This document shows positions 1 through 12,172 of a DNA stretch of 37,515 nt, in pieces. Every line of letters starts with the position of its first letter. The first letter of the stretch is position 1. Origin of the DNA: Jimgerdemannia flammicorona. Lineage: Eukaryota. The position numbers and the translations under genes were made by a program. The DNA lies in the NCBI GenBank assembly GCA_003990765.1, contig RBNJ01000189.1:1-37515 (forward strand), in the 5' to 3' direction. The notes below the pieces were generated by a model. It was given only the letters and a program-made list of their open reading frames with translations, made no database searches and was not told the DNA's origin.

Positions 1-437
1 AAAAAAAAAAAAAACCCACACCCACGCATCCAACAATCGATACCTTGCGTGAAGGCTTGGCGCAGTTTGTTTGCTGACACAACTGAGGACCGTGGGTCCA
101 ACAATGAGCTTACGGACGAGCGTGGGACAAGCCATCCGCCGAGGCGTAGCCGAGCCTCGGGATTGGAATGTGATTATTAAATGAATGAAATGGATAAATT
201 CGAGTGTTGGATGTTTCAGATTTCAAATTGCCTTTTGTTTCTTTCGTTTTCGAGGTAAAGTCATTACATGTTTATTTTGAACTTGAGTATATCTGGACGA
301 GGCGCTGCGCGCATATTACGTGACGATCGACAACACACAAACAAAACGGCAGCATCACGCAGCCAACTAACTCCGCATACAAGTTTCCGTGACAAGATGT
401 ATACAAAAAATATAAGCAGCCACCTGACCCACTCGCC

Positions 438-1598
438 TCACTTGAACTCGGCCTGGACCTCCTCGACGGTATAACCAAACCGCTCGTCCATGGCGCTTTC
501 AGTCGTCCACCACACAACCAACATCACTACGATATCTCTAACCGAGCACGCGATGAAGCCCATTTCCCTTTTCGCCTGGCCTCTTCTCCTCCCTTCCTCC
601 ACAACCCTCGTGACCCTCGTCCTCCTCGCATTCTCGTATTCCACAAATGCCGCCCGCACGTCGGTCCCGGCCTCCTGCAAACACTTGCCGAGAACCGCCG
701 CATCCTCGAGCGCAAGCGACACACCCTGCGCCGCGTCGCCCATCAGCACCGCACGTCCGGAATACCACACAGGCAGCGGGTCGACGTCGTAGATGGGCAG
801 TCTGACCGTGGGCCCTGGCTCGGCTTGGAGGGGCTCCGGGATGGGTGAAGGCCAGGTACCGTGTTTGTCAAATAATTTGCATGCTACGGAAATCACCGCA
901 AGCCTGCTCCTCCGTCGCCTCAAACGTAGACCACCACACCTACTCATTCTTCTCGTGGATGTATCCGTACCCGAACGCGCCGCTTGGGCCATTCGTCATG
1001 ACGATGGGCGGTTCGTTCTTGGAATCGCTGTTCGGCATGAGAGAAGAGGGGATGAACCCGCCGACGCCAACGAGGCCCGAGTAGTGTTTTCGTGTCCCGA
1101 GAAAGCGAGGACGTGATTACGGATGGTGGAGCGGATACCGTCGCACCCAACAAGAATATCACCCTGCGCGGCGGTTCCATCGGACAACCTTCTCGCCCGT
1201 CTCCTCAACCCTCAGCACTTTCTTCCCATACTCGATCGCGATCCCCGCATCTTTCGTCGCTTGCACCAACGTCTCGTGCACGGTCGCCCGGCGGACCATA
1301 ATTGATGGGAACCCGTAGCGGCTCCGCTTGCCCATGGGGAAGACGCCGAGGGTAATGCCGCGATCGTCATTTCCTCCGCCACCGAAGCCTGCTCAATAAT
1401 TTTGTCGGCCAGCCCTAGGAAGCTCAGAACGCGAAGACCGTTGGGTGCTAGACCCATCATACCGCCGATGTTGGTGAGACTCGTTTGATGGGTGAGTGTA
1501 TGCCGCGCTCTGCAGAAAGAGGGCGCAAGCGGGGCCCGCAATGCCACCGCCGGTAATAGGGCCATGAGCGGGGCGGGGTGAGTAGTGTTAGTAGGCAT
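438..1598 (-). pseudogene. FAD-dependent monooxygenase (salicylate hydroxylase/UbiH-like, FAD_binding_3) pseudogene
   Basis: Class A flavoprotein motifs are spread across frames: ITGGGIAGPACALFL (GxGxxG, ~1505-1557), GLAPNGLRVLSFLG, GDILVGCDGIRS (DG motif, ~1125-1165) and WYSGRAVLMGDAAQGVSLALEDAA (GD motif lacking HxxxPxxG). ATG at 1598, TGA at 438-440, several frameshifts between. Confidence 0.85.
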
Positions 1599-2712
1599 TA
1601 TTGAAAAAAGATTTATTGCTGCTGTTGTTCTTGTTGTGATTATGGATTGCTGCGACGTGCGAGTTTTGATATTCGCCCCCAAATTAACATTCGCCACAAG
1701 AAAGGCCGATCCGGCCCGTGACGTCGTTCCCAGGAAACGTGTGTATCACATCCCCATTATTGCCCCTGTGCACAGTGAAACTGGATTCACATAGCTCCAC
1801 ACACACAACTTTCCTCACCCATCGAGAAAAAAGTGCCCTTCAACTAACCCCACAATTCGGGTCACTATATCACACCTGGCGTACCACGGTACGATCGAGC
1901 ACAAGACGGACGGAGAATTATTATGTAACGCCATCACGATCGGTCAAAGCCCCTTCGACCCCTTAACCAACAGGCTCACGTGGCACCTCCTTTGGTAGAT
2001 CGCCGTTCCTCCGTCAACGATCTTTCTGGGTAACTTTATCTGATTGTGTCGCTTTTTTCCCAAAAACAATTACCGACCCGGATTGGGTGCGAATTAAACC
2101 CTTGTCTCGTAGACCCTCTTCAAAGCTTTATTTAGGTGTTCTCGACACATTATTTGTTTTATATTACGGCGGACAGCCTAGAACCATTTTTTATTCCCAG
2201 TCTGATTATATTATATATTTGCCTCGCTAGTCGTCAACAGATTTCCAACGGGAACAGATTTAAATCAACAAATTATAATATAGCCTCAACAGCATAACTT
2301 GGATAAATACATGGTATTTTGTTTAAATAAACAGCGGATCAAATTTCGTTTAAAATAATATATAATATATAATAATAGTAAGTAAATAACATACTACTTC
2401 ATTATTTAAATTTATTAATTATAAAATTTAAAATAATTTATCTTTATATTATTTAGTCTATTATTTCTAAATTTGATTATAATAAAAATTACAATTAAAA
2501 ATCTTTTTTATAATTTTTTTTTACTTACAGATAAAATTTTAGATTCTCTTTTAACTAATAGTCTGTAATCTGATATAGATAATAAAAATATATCTCTTAG
2601 ATTATAGTGTAGACAAATTTGAATAATATATAAAGTTAATTATAAAAATTTTAAATTTATAAAAATAAATAAATAAATAATATCATATAAATTTTTATAA
2701 TTTAAGGGATAT

Positions 2713-3168
2713 TGTGACATTTGATCATAGTATCTGAATCTGATTTTCAATATAGTATAGCATTATAGTTTAGCAGTTACTTGATCTCTCAGTTGTACAA
2801 TTTGTACAATTATATAATTTGTATAATTATACAAAAAGTACAGATACATATATAGATCTCTCAACTATATAGATTTTACAGATATAGATCTTTCAACTAT
2901 ATAAAATAACTCACAGAAAAAGAAGTCTTAACTTAGTTATTATATAGCTAGTAAACTTGTATAAATATTTTTAGTATCTAGAGTAAATAAACTTCGAATC
3001 AAAATAGTTTAAACAAAGAGATAAGAAACTAATAAGTCTGCAAGTAAATATACTTTGAACTCTCCCACCCCTATATTTGAGAACTCTAAGAAGTCAAAAA
3101 AGATTAAGTATTTAAAATAAAGAAATCTGTCACACTTCTGCTAGTATATATATATCTACTATATTATA
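2713..3168 (+). repeat. 5' LTR of Gypsy family A
   Basis: Starts TGTGACA and ends TATTATA (mutated TGTTACA). Aligns to 25234-25703. TATAAATA at ~2960 and AATAAA at ~2986. Confidence 0.85.
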
Positions 3169-3702
3169 ACTTAGTATCTATTGACTAGTAATTCAAAATA
3201 AATCTCTCACTTTCAAGTTAAACAATAAACAACTACTACTACTTAAATACATACTCAAATCAAACTAAGACATAGATAAGATTGATATAAAACTACTAGT
3301 ATTTCATAGATATTAGTGCTCTCAATAAATCAAATTGAATTGAATTAGATCTAAATTCAATTTGATTCGAAAAACTTTGAATCAAATTGAGGTCCAATTT
3401 GATTTGAATTAATTCAAATTGAGGTCCAATTTGATTTGATTTAATTTGAATTAAGATCCAATTCGATTTGAATTTCAATTTGAATCTAAATTTTTAAAAT
3501 TCAATTATTTGACAAAAATATGTCCAAATTTAATGATCTTTATCAAATCAAATAAAATCAAATCACAATTTGAATTGAAGTTTGAATTTCAAATTCAATT
3601 CAAAATTCAATTCAAAATTCAAAACTAAATATGGTAATTCAAAACTCACATATAATATAACTTATAATAACATATACATAATCAAGCATATCACAATCAA
3701 AC

Positions 3703-6352
3703 ATGTCAGATATGTCTTCTACAGTACCACTTATGGTGGATACTATGATAACAATAGCTTCAGTATCAGATATAGCTTCAATAAGCATAGCTATGACAAG
3801 TATAGTCTCAATACAACAGTCCAAGAAAGGAAAAGGAAAAGTAAAAGAATACTCTAGTATTTGGAAAGAGTTTACAAAAGAGTATACAGAGAATAGAGAC
3901 ATCACCAGAGTTAAATGTAATTACTGTAAAATGATATATAAGTTTATTGGTGGCTCTACAACAAATCTACAAGTACATTTCGACAAATTTCACAAAAGTC
4001 ATCAAGCAGGAGTAATAGAATCATTTTTCTCAAAAGTATGGTTTTTTTTTTTTTTTTTTTTTTTTTTTATTTTTTTTTTTTTTTTTTTTCTTATTAATTT
4101 ATTACTATTTTTCTTTTATATTAAATAGCTAAGATTTTTTACAAAATTATTTCAAGATATGTTTGTTTGCTGGATTATCTATGATAGTTAGCCTTTCACA
4201 GTTATTGAGAATTTGGAGCTGAGAGATATTTTTTGTCTTCTGAAACTGGATATTACTATTTCTTCTACTGGAACTATATGAAGTGAAATTAAACCGGCCT
4301 TTTAATGAAATCATGATACTGTCAAAATTATACTACAGATAAGATTTAATATTTAACTTTGAATACCAATTCTAATATTTTGAATTAATCTCATTTTGAT
4401 TTAATTTATTTCAAAATAGAATATACCAGATCAAATATCCTTCACTGTTGACACATGGATATTACCAAATATGTACACATTTCTTGTAATTAATGTATAT
4501 TGAATTTATCAAAATTGGCAACTCAATTATATGTTGATTGATTTTATTAAGCTATTGGAATCTCATTCTGGCAAAAATCTTGCTGGTGCCTTTGGGAGCT
4601 ATATTTGAGATTTTGGTATATAGACAAAGATATGTAAAGAGTGAGTGAGCCTTTTAAAAGAGGTTTTCAAAAAGGTCAGGTTTTTGAAAAAGGTCAGGTT
4701 TTCAAAAAAGGTTGGGTTTTCAAAAAAGGTCAAAAGGTCAGGTTTTTGAAAAACATTGTTTTTTTTTTAATTTTGAAAAAGATTGAGTTTTTGAAAAGAT
4801 CAGGTTTTTAAAAAAGGTTGTGTTTTCTATAAAGGTCAGGTTTTCAAAAAACAGTTATCTTATATTTTGAATTATCAATTTTTCACTCTAAATATTGGCT
4901 ATAATAACAGACAATACATCCAATAACAATATATTTTTTCAAACAATTGGAATAGAGTTTGATCATAGCTTCAACTATCAGCCAATATAACATATATACT
5001 GTATGGCTCATACATATTATTAATCTGACTGTTCAAGCCTTTTTAATATGTCTGAAGGTTGATGATGATGGAGAAATAATTTCAAGTCTTTGAATGAACA
5101 TCATCAAGATTCAGTCATTACTACAGCATCATAAGAAATTTATTGTACAATATAAAGTCTATGGAATCAACAATCTAAAGGAACTTATTTTGGATATTAA
5201 GACTTAGTGGAACTTGATATATTTAATGATTGAATAAGCCATCAAATTATCAGAGGTAATTATATTTAATTATATTTAATTTGTTGGGTGACATGGGTCC
5301 ATTGTATCTAAGTCTAATCTAATGAATTAATTTTTATTAATAGCTCTTAAATTCAACAGTTATAGCTGATAAAGATTTGTGACAATATGCTATTAGAGAT
5401 TGTACTTGGCAGTTGCTAAAAGATATTATTTTGGTGTTAAAGAGTTTTCAATGTACAATGGATCTTACAACTTAGCAAAAATATCCAATAATTTATTCTA
5501 CTATTCCAATTTACAACTTTCTACTGGATATATTGGAGGATAATAACTAAGTAATTCGAAATTATCCAGCAGAACCAGAAGAAACTGAAGAGCCAAATAC
5601 TCTCATTCAATAGACACTAATAGTAGCTATTGATAAGTTGAAGAAATACTATTCAATGACAGATCATTCAATTTATTATATTGGTACTGGTAAGTAAATA
5701 TTTTGAAATTCGCTTGTTGCTGAAGACTATTTTGAAATTTATTTTATTCTTTGAATGAGAACCAGTTCTTGATCCCAGACTTAAACTACAATATTATTCA
5801 AACCACAATTAAGAAACCATTTGGATTGATGTGGTCAAAAAAACTATTCATATAGTCTATAATAATAACTATACCCCTCTATCAGTTTATCATTTAAGTT
5901 CTGAAGATTATACTGAAATAGGAGATGACATCAATATTGATGACATTGCTGAGCTATCTGAACATACATATATACAACAAAAGACAAAAACCGACAACAA
6001 ATCCTGAAGAGGAGTTAGATAATTATTTAAAAAGTGAAACTGTTAAATTTCAACTGAGAGTCAATATATTATCTTGGTGGTAAGTGAGTTGGTCTAATTC
6101 AAAATATTATAGATCTAATTTGAAATATTATTTGAGTTTCTCTAATTTAATTTAATTCATTGGGAACATTAGAGCCATAGTGGAGATTACCCAAATCTAG
6201 CAAAAATGGCATATGACTATTTAACTATCCCAGCAACAAGTACACCCATAGAGAGAGTTTTTTCAAGAGGTAAAGATCTTGTGGTGCCTAAAAGAGATGC
6301 TTTAGACTCTAAAACCATTCATGAATATATGTATTTAAAGGTGTAGCAATAA
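3703..6352 (+). pseudogene. hAT transposase with BED zinc finger, multi-intron, containing stops
   Basis: BED finger (IWKEF..KCNYC..GSTTNLQVH), SFTVDTW, ITDNTSNN, CMAH, DIKT*WN (DVxTRWN), LDPRLK, and the dimerisation motif YPNLAKMAYDYLTIPATSTPIERVFS. GT-AG introns include 4036-4128 and one starting ~6080 (GTAAGT). Confidence 0.92.
4655..4851. repeat. ~20-bp tandem repeat (AAAGGTCAGGTTTTYAAA) in a transposase intron
   Basis: Roughly 9-10 degenerate copies visible directly. Confidence 0.8.
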
Positions 6353-7239
6353 GCTGGCCAATTTTGAAATCTAGAAATATAGTTGAAATATAATTTAATC
6401 TTGACTAACTAAATATATCCATATATTATAATATTTCTAATATACATATTACCATATTTGAAGCTCTCAGTTTACTTATTACCAGTAGACATTAATTGCT
6501 TTACAGTACCATATTTAAAGCTCAGTACTCACTTATTGGTTGGTATTAATTACACTATTTGAAGCTCTCAGAGCTCACTTCTGACCAAACCATATGTGGT
6601 TACCCTGTCTTGGCCTGCCAAACCCACCACCAAATCCACTATAGCCAGTATACCCACCACTACCACAGATCAGTATATCCACCACCACATGGGCTTACTG
6701 AGAGTGGTGGTGATGTAATTAATGAGCAAGCCCCAAGAGTTTCAAATATGGTGCTAAGAGCATAAGCCAGAAGATAGTACTAAGAGCTATGGTGATGCAA
6801 TTAATGAGTGAGCCCCAAGAGCTTTGAATATAGTACCAAGAGTATAAGCAAGTTAGAAGATAGTGCTAAGAGCTTTATAAGTCATAGTAATGCAATTAAT
6901 GTCAGCCAATAAGCAAGCCCCAAGAGCTTCAAATATCATAAGCCATATTCGAAGCTTGGGGCTTGCTTATAAAGCTCTTGGGGGTCACTTGTTGGCCTAG
7001 CATTAAAAATGAATAAATAAGCTATCTAAGCTACCATCTTTAATAAAAATAAAAACAAAATGCATATTCAAACTTATCTCAACTACCTCTCAAATTATTT
7101 TGAAGACATGAACTAAGATATATACTTGGGCAGCAACTGATAGAATTGATACTACTCAAGAAGAATATAGAAAGAAGAAGAAAATACTCACTAAAGTGAT
7201 TGAGCAATTTATTTTAGCTATTGTCTGACACTCTCTGCT

Positions 7240-7428
7240 GCCCCAGCCCCCCTAGCCCTGGTCATTGCCCTGGCCCCTCCAGCCCCAGTCATCACCCCAG
7301 CTCTGATCATTGCTCTAGCCCTAGTCATCACTCCAGCCTCAGTTGTCACTCCAGCCCCAGTCATCACCCTGGCCCCCCCAGCCCCAGTCATTATCACCTT
7401 AGCCTCAGTTGTCACCCCAGCCCCCCCA
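7240..7428. repeat. ~18-bp GC-rich minisatellite (CCCCAGCCCCAGTCATCA) inside the hAT
   Basis: Directly visible degenerate tandem copies. Confidence 0.8.
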
Positions 7429-8439
7429 AAGCCAAGAGACCATCCTCGGACCAGTTGTTATAATTGTAGAAGATATGGAAAGACTTGTGGTATCCTCTCT
7501 AAAGTTTGCCAGAAGTTGAACCCATTGACTCCTGACTTACTTTTGAGAAAAAAGCCTTATGACAATTCCCATCAGTTGGCTGTTGCTGTGGTCAGATGTG
7601 CTGCTAGGTGCTGAGTGTTGTGAGTGCTGAATGTGTTGAACAAGTAGAATGTATCATAAGTACTGTGTATATATATCTGTGAATAATAAATAAATTATAT
7701 AAGCCACCAACAATTATGAACCTAATTTTTTTTTTTTTAATCAAATTGGATCTCAATTTGATTTGAACATTTCAAATCAGATCTCAATTTAATTTGAACT
7801 CAATTTAAATTGAAAAATCCTCAATTTAATTCAATTTGAATCACCCTCAATTTAATTCAATTCAAATTAATTCGATTCATTTGGGAGCACTAATAGATAT
7901 ATCTCTAATAAATTAATTATTATCTTCTTTGATAATTTTGAGTAATATACTACTACATATAAGAACTCTATCAGTATATCAATAAGTAGCTCTAATACTA
8001 TTTAGTCTCTAAGAACCAGTAAAATTCACAACTATTAATTATACTGAAAATAATAATATAATAATACTAATAGTATAGAAGATCTGATTGTAAGATATCT
8101 ACTATATAGATGAAATCAAACAGACTCTAAAAGACTAACTCAATACCATCTATTAAGAAATGAATGAAGATCTAAATATTATAACAGTGACCTCAGAATA
8201 GTAATATTATTACATGAGACAGTCTTTTCTTACAAATCACCAGATCAGAGTATAAGAAGATCATATAGCATAACTTATCCAGGCTACAAGACAAGCAATA
8301 ATAACCAATCATAAGTCATGATAACTATAAGATAGATATCTCAAGAAATATAAAAGAAGAACCAGAAAACCATAGTAATAGCAACTCAAACAAGACTTAT
8401 AAAATCTTGAAATGGTTTAAAAGACTCACTATAAATAAA

Positions 8440-9514
8440 ATGTCTGCTGTTTACTAAACTATAGGTTCAGGAATCACTGAGGTTTCTCAGTCTAAAAAAG
8501 GATATTCCAAGACATCAGGAGAACTATAAGAACCCATACCAGAAGGATTCCTAGCCTCAACTTGAGTACTAGTGACTCTTATCACTTTACCCTCTACTAT
8601 TATAAAATGGAGACAAGGACTACTACTGCTATTGAAAATCTCTAGATATGGCAGAAATACAAAATAAGAACTTTCTCTACCAGGAATTCCCTCAGACCAG
8701 TTCCCAAGAGATACAAGATATTACCTCTATGAATGTATATAAATTGAGGGTAGCCAAAAAGATCCATCAGATCTTCAGACATATATCTTGGTCAATCTCC
8801 AACTTAGAGTATAACAGAGTCTCAGACTTTAAGGAATTGTCAGCTCTTTTTTTTAAATAAAAGACTGTCAGACTGTGCCATCCTCCGTGCCGTATGCTTG
8901 AAAAATGCAGGCAAGATCATCAACTGCTGCAACACACGAGCTCCGAAGAACAGATGCTATGACACACTTCCCTCAAAGAAAGAGACACTACTAGTCATCT
9001 ACTAGCCTAAACTGTGTGTCTATGTTGGAAAACAAAGACAGGTGACGTACTGTATACAGATCCTGTAAAGTATAGTCGATGAGGAATTGTCAGCTCACTA
9101 TATAGATGTATTAGAGGTCATAGTGTCTACAGAAGCCCAATTCACTATTACTCTCAAAAGTAATAAGATAGAAGAGTTCTGAAATCTCATCCTTCAGGAC
9201 AATCTAGATCAATTCCTATAAGAATTAATCTCAGTATTCCAAGGCCCTGATATCCCCCTCAAGATTCCACCTTTGTTCTCTACTTTATAAAGGAAAATAT
9301 TATAGATTAGAGAGCCCCTGATCTCCTTCTTACTACTATCAAACATAATGATGTCACTAGCAATGATATCATCTCACTAATTGACATATATGAAATGAAT
9401 AAAACAGAAACATTCACTGACCTTATTTCCTTTGAAGACATCTTGTCTCCAACCTCTAGTCTTGATAATAGTGATGAAGATAAAGCCCTCAGAATTTTGA
9501 ATATTCTACTCTAA
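8440..9514 (+). pseudogene. LTR-encoded ORF of unknown function, copy 1 (interrupted by the U3 retrocopy)
   Basis: ATG at 8440, TAA at 9512-9514. Length is 825 nt after removing the 250-nt insert plus TSD. Peptide QEFPQTSSQEIQDITSMNVYKLRVAKKIHQIFRHISWSISNLEY matches copies 2 and 3. Confidence 0.7.
8847..9081 (-). ncRNA. U3: U3 snoRNA processed retrocopy (probably non-functional)
   Basis: Minus strand reads ATCGACTATACTTTACAGGATC (GAC box, box A' TACTT, box A), then TAGATGA (box C'), TTGATGATC (box C), GGATGGCACAGTCTGAC (box D), then TTTTATTT and A8. Flanked by 15-bp TSD AGGAATTGTCAGCTC (8832-8846, 9082-9096). Confidence 0.85.
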
Positions 9515-11089
9515 TTTGTTTATATAACTATTTATTTGAACACTTGAATGTTCTGATATTCTAACTTTATATAACTATTAGAAATTATTCCAGCATTCTG
9601 ATCTTATACAACTAATTATATAGATACTCAAATTTGTACTTACATACAACTTGAAGTTTTCTATATTCAAATATCTTATTTAGTTATCAAATTTTATATT
9701 TAGCTTTATATATAAATACCCCTCTCATTTCTTCAAAATAAAGTCAGTATTAAAACACTCAAGTATTCAAGTACCCAACTACTTAAGAAGTATAAAAGTT
9801 CCAGTCCTCTACTCAATTCTATATAAGTAAATCTAAGAGATAACAGAATAGTTTAAAGATAAGAAGTTTGAAGACTATAAGATCTTAGAAAGGTACTCTA
9901 ATAGAACTTACTTATAAGAAACTTATAATTGGTCTAAGAGATACATCTTGAAGAGAATCTGACATACTTAGAGAACTTAGCACTTACTATATGATAATAT
10001 CTTCTATATCTAAATCTGCTATTAGATATTCTTGATCAATTATAATGATGCTATATACATATTAGAGATCAAGTAATTGAAACAATCTTTATGAAAGGAA
10101 TTTATCCAGAGATAGTTATAGTAATTCAATTAATACTAATAGTTCTATACTTAGTATGGAAGGTGATATATATATGCTCAGCAATATTGAATAGCTAGAT
10201 ACCCTTAAGACCATATAATAGAGAGAGCCATAGAAGTCAGAATTGAAGTATTCAAGGTAATTAGTATAATTTTTACAACCATATTTAATTAAAACATATT
10301 TCAATCAAAGACTATAGAATAATAAAGAAACAGTGATCTTATGGAGAAACTTATAAAGAAGTTTGCTAAAATAACTATTTATCTGAGAGATATAGTAAAG
10401 GAAATTAGATAAAGAGATTATTACTTAGTTCAGAAGTTTGCTATCATTATAGATAAGAAGAGAGAAACCTATTATACTTATAGAGAAGAAGGCCACTACT
10501 TCTATAAATATATAAGTGAGACTAAGTATAAGGTCTAGCTAAGTAATACTATTAAAAACTACAAACAGATCAATATTATCATCTTTAAAGAGATTGGAAA
10601 TTCAGAGAAAGAAGAAGAATGAAAATCTTATCTAGTTCTTATCTCTAAAAAAGATATCTATTAGAAACTCTACAAGAGATCACTAGGAAGACCTAAGAAG
10701 AAAGCAGTGAAATAGTCTATAGAAAGATAAGTAGAAGTACTCACAGAAATCAAAACTATAGCCAAAAAAATGAATCAAAATATAGAGTTTAAACAAAAAG
10801 TTAAAGATATGTATCATCTGAGGTAATACTTCTACTAGTGAAGAAGAAAAGAAGAAGAAGCTATAAAAGAATAAGATCTTTAAATATAATATCTTCAAGA
10901 ATCTTAGCTAGCAAAAAGTCAATATAACCTTTGGAAAGTTAGCAGAAATCCTCATATTCAGATAACAAATAAGACTGGAACTTGTAAAAATAGTTAAAGA
11001 TCAAGAATGAAAGATAGTTAAGACCAACAATATATAAGAGAATTCAGGTAAAGAAGTGAAAAAGATAGCTATAAGATCTCTATTTATGC

Positions 11090-11430
11090 TATCTGCTAGA
11101 TTGAGAACAGAATCTTTGAAATCATCATTGATATAGAAGCAAGAGGATATCTTTTTAGCAAAAAAGCTATGGATAATCTAGGCTGGAAAATTAAAGCTAT
11201 AAAACTGATATTTATCACAGCAGATTATATAAAAGCCACCCCTCTGGGGAAGATTCAAGATATCTCTATCAAGTTTAAAGTAGCAATTATTCCAGTTAAC
11301 ATAATCATTACAAATGCTATCAACTATAATATTCTCATCAGCAATCAGTAGCTTTATAAGACTAAGACTATAATTAATATGAACTTCCAGAAGATATATA
11401 TTATTTACTAAGAACAAAAGATATAAATTT
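11090..11430 (+). pseudogene. Gypsy A aspartic protease relic
   Basis: IIIDIEAR at ~11121-11144 is a mutated IxxDTGA, followed by retropepsin-like ...TPLGKIQDISIKF...YNILISNQ. Confidence 0.7.
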
Positions 11431-11808
11431 TAATTAATATTAATAAAAGAGTACTCTCTGAGATAGAGAAAAAAAGCAATAAGCAAAAGAAAGTCTATAT
11501 GGTAACTACTCAAAAGAAAAAGAAGAAGGTTAGATAATAGATTAATAAAGAAGATTAGTGCAAGAAGATTACTAAAGAATATGCTCTGCAAGAAGTATAT
11601 TCTTATAGTATATATAGATAAGTACTATCAATATATTGTCAAGATCTATAAGATTTATTATAAGAAGAAGAAAAGAAGACAGAAGTAGTAAGAAAAGAAA
11701 GACCAGAAGAATAAATCACTAGTCCTCCTAGAGAATAGTAATAACAAAGAAGAAATCAAGGTTAAGATTTAGAGGATTTATTTTAATATAGTCCTGTTAG
11801 AATATAAG

Positions 11809-12172
11809 TCAGAAAATATAGTTAGAATAGATATTGCTATAGTTGAGGAGATAATTCTTGAACCTCAGATAACTGTCCTACTCAAAATTAGTCTAGAGAT
11901 AACTATTCTTGAGAATCATATTAGAATACTCAAGATAAGAAGTAGTCAAGCCAAGAGTGAAATTTCAATTAAAGGAGAAGTTATTAATTTTGATTATATT
12001 GGAGAAATCTTACTTATTGCTAGAAATAACAATTCTATAATTCTATTTATAGTTAAGAAGAACTACCAACTAGTATAAATACTAATCTTTCTAGTACTGT
12101 AACCCAAGATTTTAGAAATTAAGAAGCTGAAAGAAATGGAAAGATAAAAGAGTAGATTCAGATTTATAGAAA
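11809..12172 (+). pseudogene. dut: dUTPase domain relic in Gypsy A pol
   Basis: Reads IVRIDI (motif 1 AGxDL), RSSQAKS (motif 2), GEVINFDYIGEI (motif 3 GVIDxDYxGEI), QLV*ILI (motif 4) and R*KSRFRFIE (motif 5 RGxxGFGSTG). Most deviations are explained by G>A/C>T. Confidence 0.85.

Larger units (their letters stand above)
3314..7892 (+). mobile_element. hAT-superfamily DNA transposon (autonomous type, decayed)
   Basis: TIRs TAGTGCTCTCAA / TTGGGAGCACTA, perfect 8-bp TSD ATAGATAT (3306-3313, 7893-7900), AATTCAA/TTGATT subterminal arrays, internal transposase. Confidence 0.95.
8180..9996 (+). mobile_element. Solo LTR of Gypsy family B (diverged copy 1)
   Basis: Reverse complement of 20050-21596. 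Mutated termini TATAAC...TATGATA, with ATAT at 8176-8179 and 9997-10000. TATAAATA at 9711-9718 and AATAAA at 9737-9742. Confidence 0.9.
3271..10900 (+). pseudogene. gag: Gypsy A gag relic (split by the hAT and a solo LTR)
   Basis: Decayed CCHC knuckle at ~10468-10512 reads TYYTYREEGHYFYKY, i.e. TCYTCxEEGHxxxxC after TGT>TAT changes. Lies between the 5' LTR and protease. Boundaries approximate. Confidence 0.55.

Noticed and set aside
1..14. Poly(A) at the window start as a retroposon tail
   Set aside because: Upstream context and TSD are not visible, and homopolymers are common here.
3169..3190. tRNA primer-binding site after the 5' LTR-A (ACTTAGTATC, possibly from TGGTATC)
   Set aside because: The position fits, but it is too mutated to assign a tRNA.
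3314..3625. Short repeat array resembling CRISPR or satellite
   Set aside because: No unique spacers. These are hAT subterminal motifs mirrored at the other end and in the MITE.
4042..4089. Long poly(T) as a retro-insertion or poly-Phe coding
   Set aside because: It lies inside the GT-AG intron 4036-4128 and has no TSD.
11555..11645. Possible Cys cluster between protease and dUTPase
   Set aside because: It requires assuming several TAT codons derive from TGT and cannot be supported from this copy.
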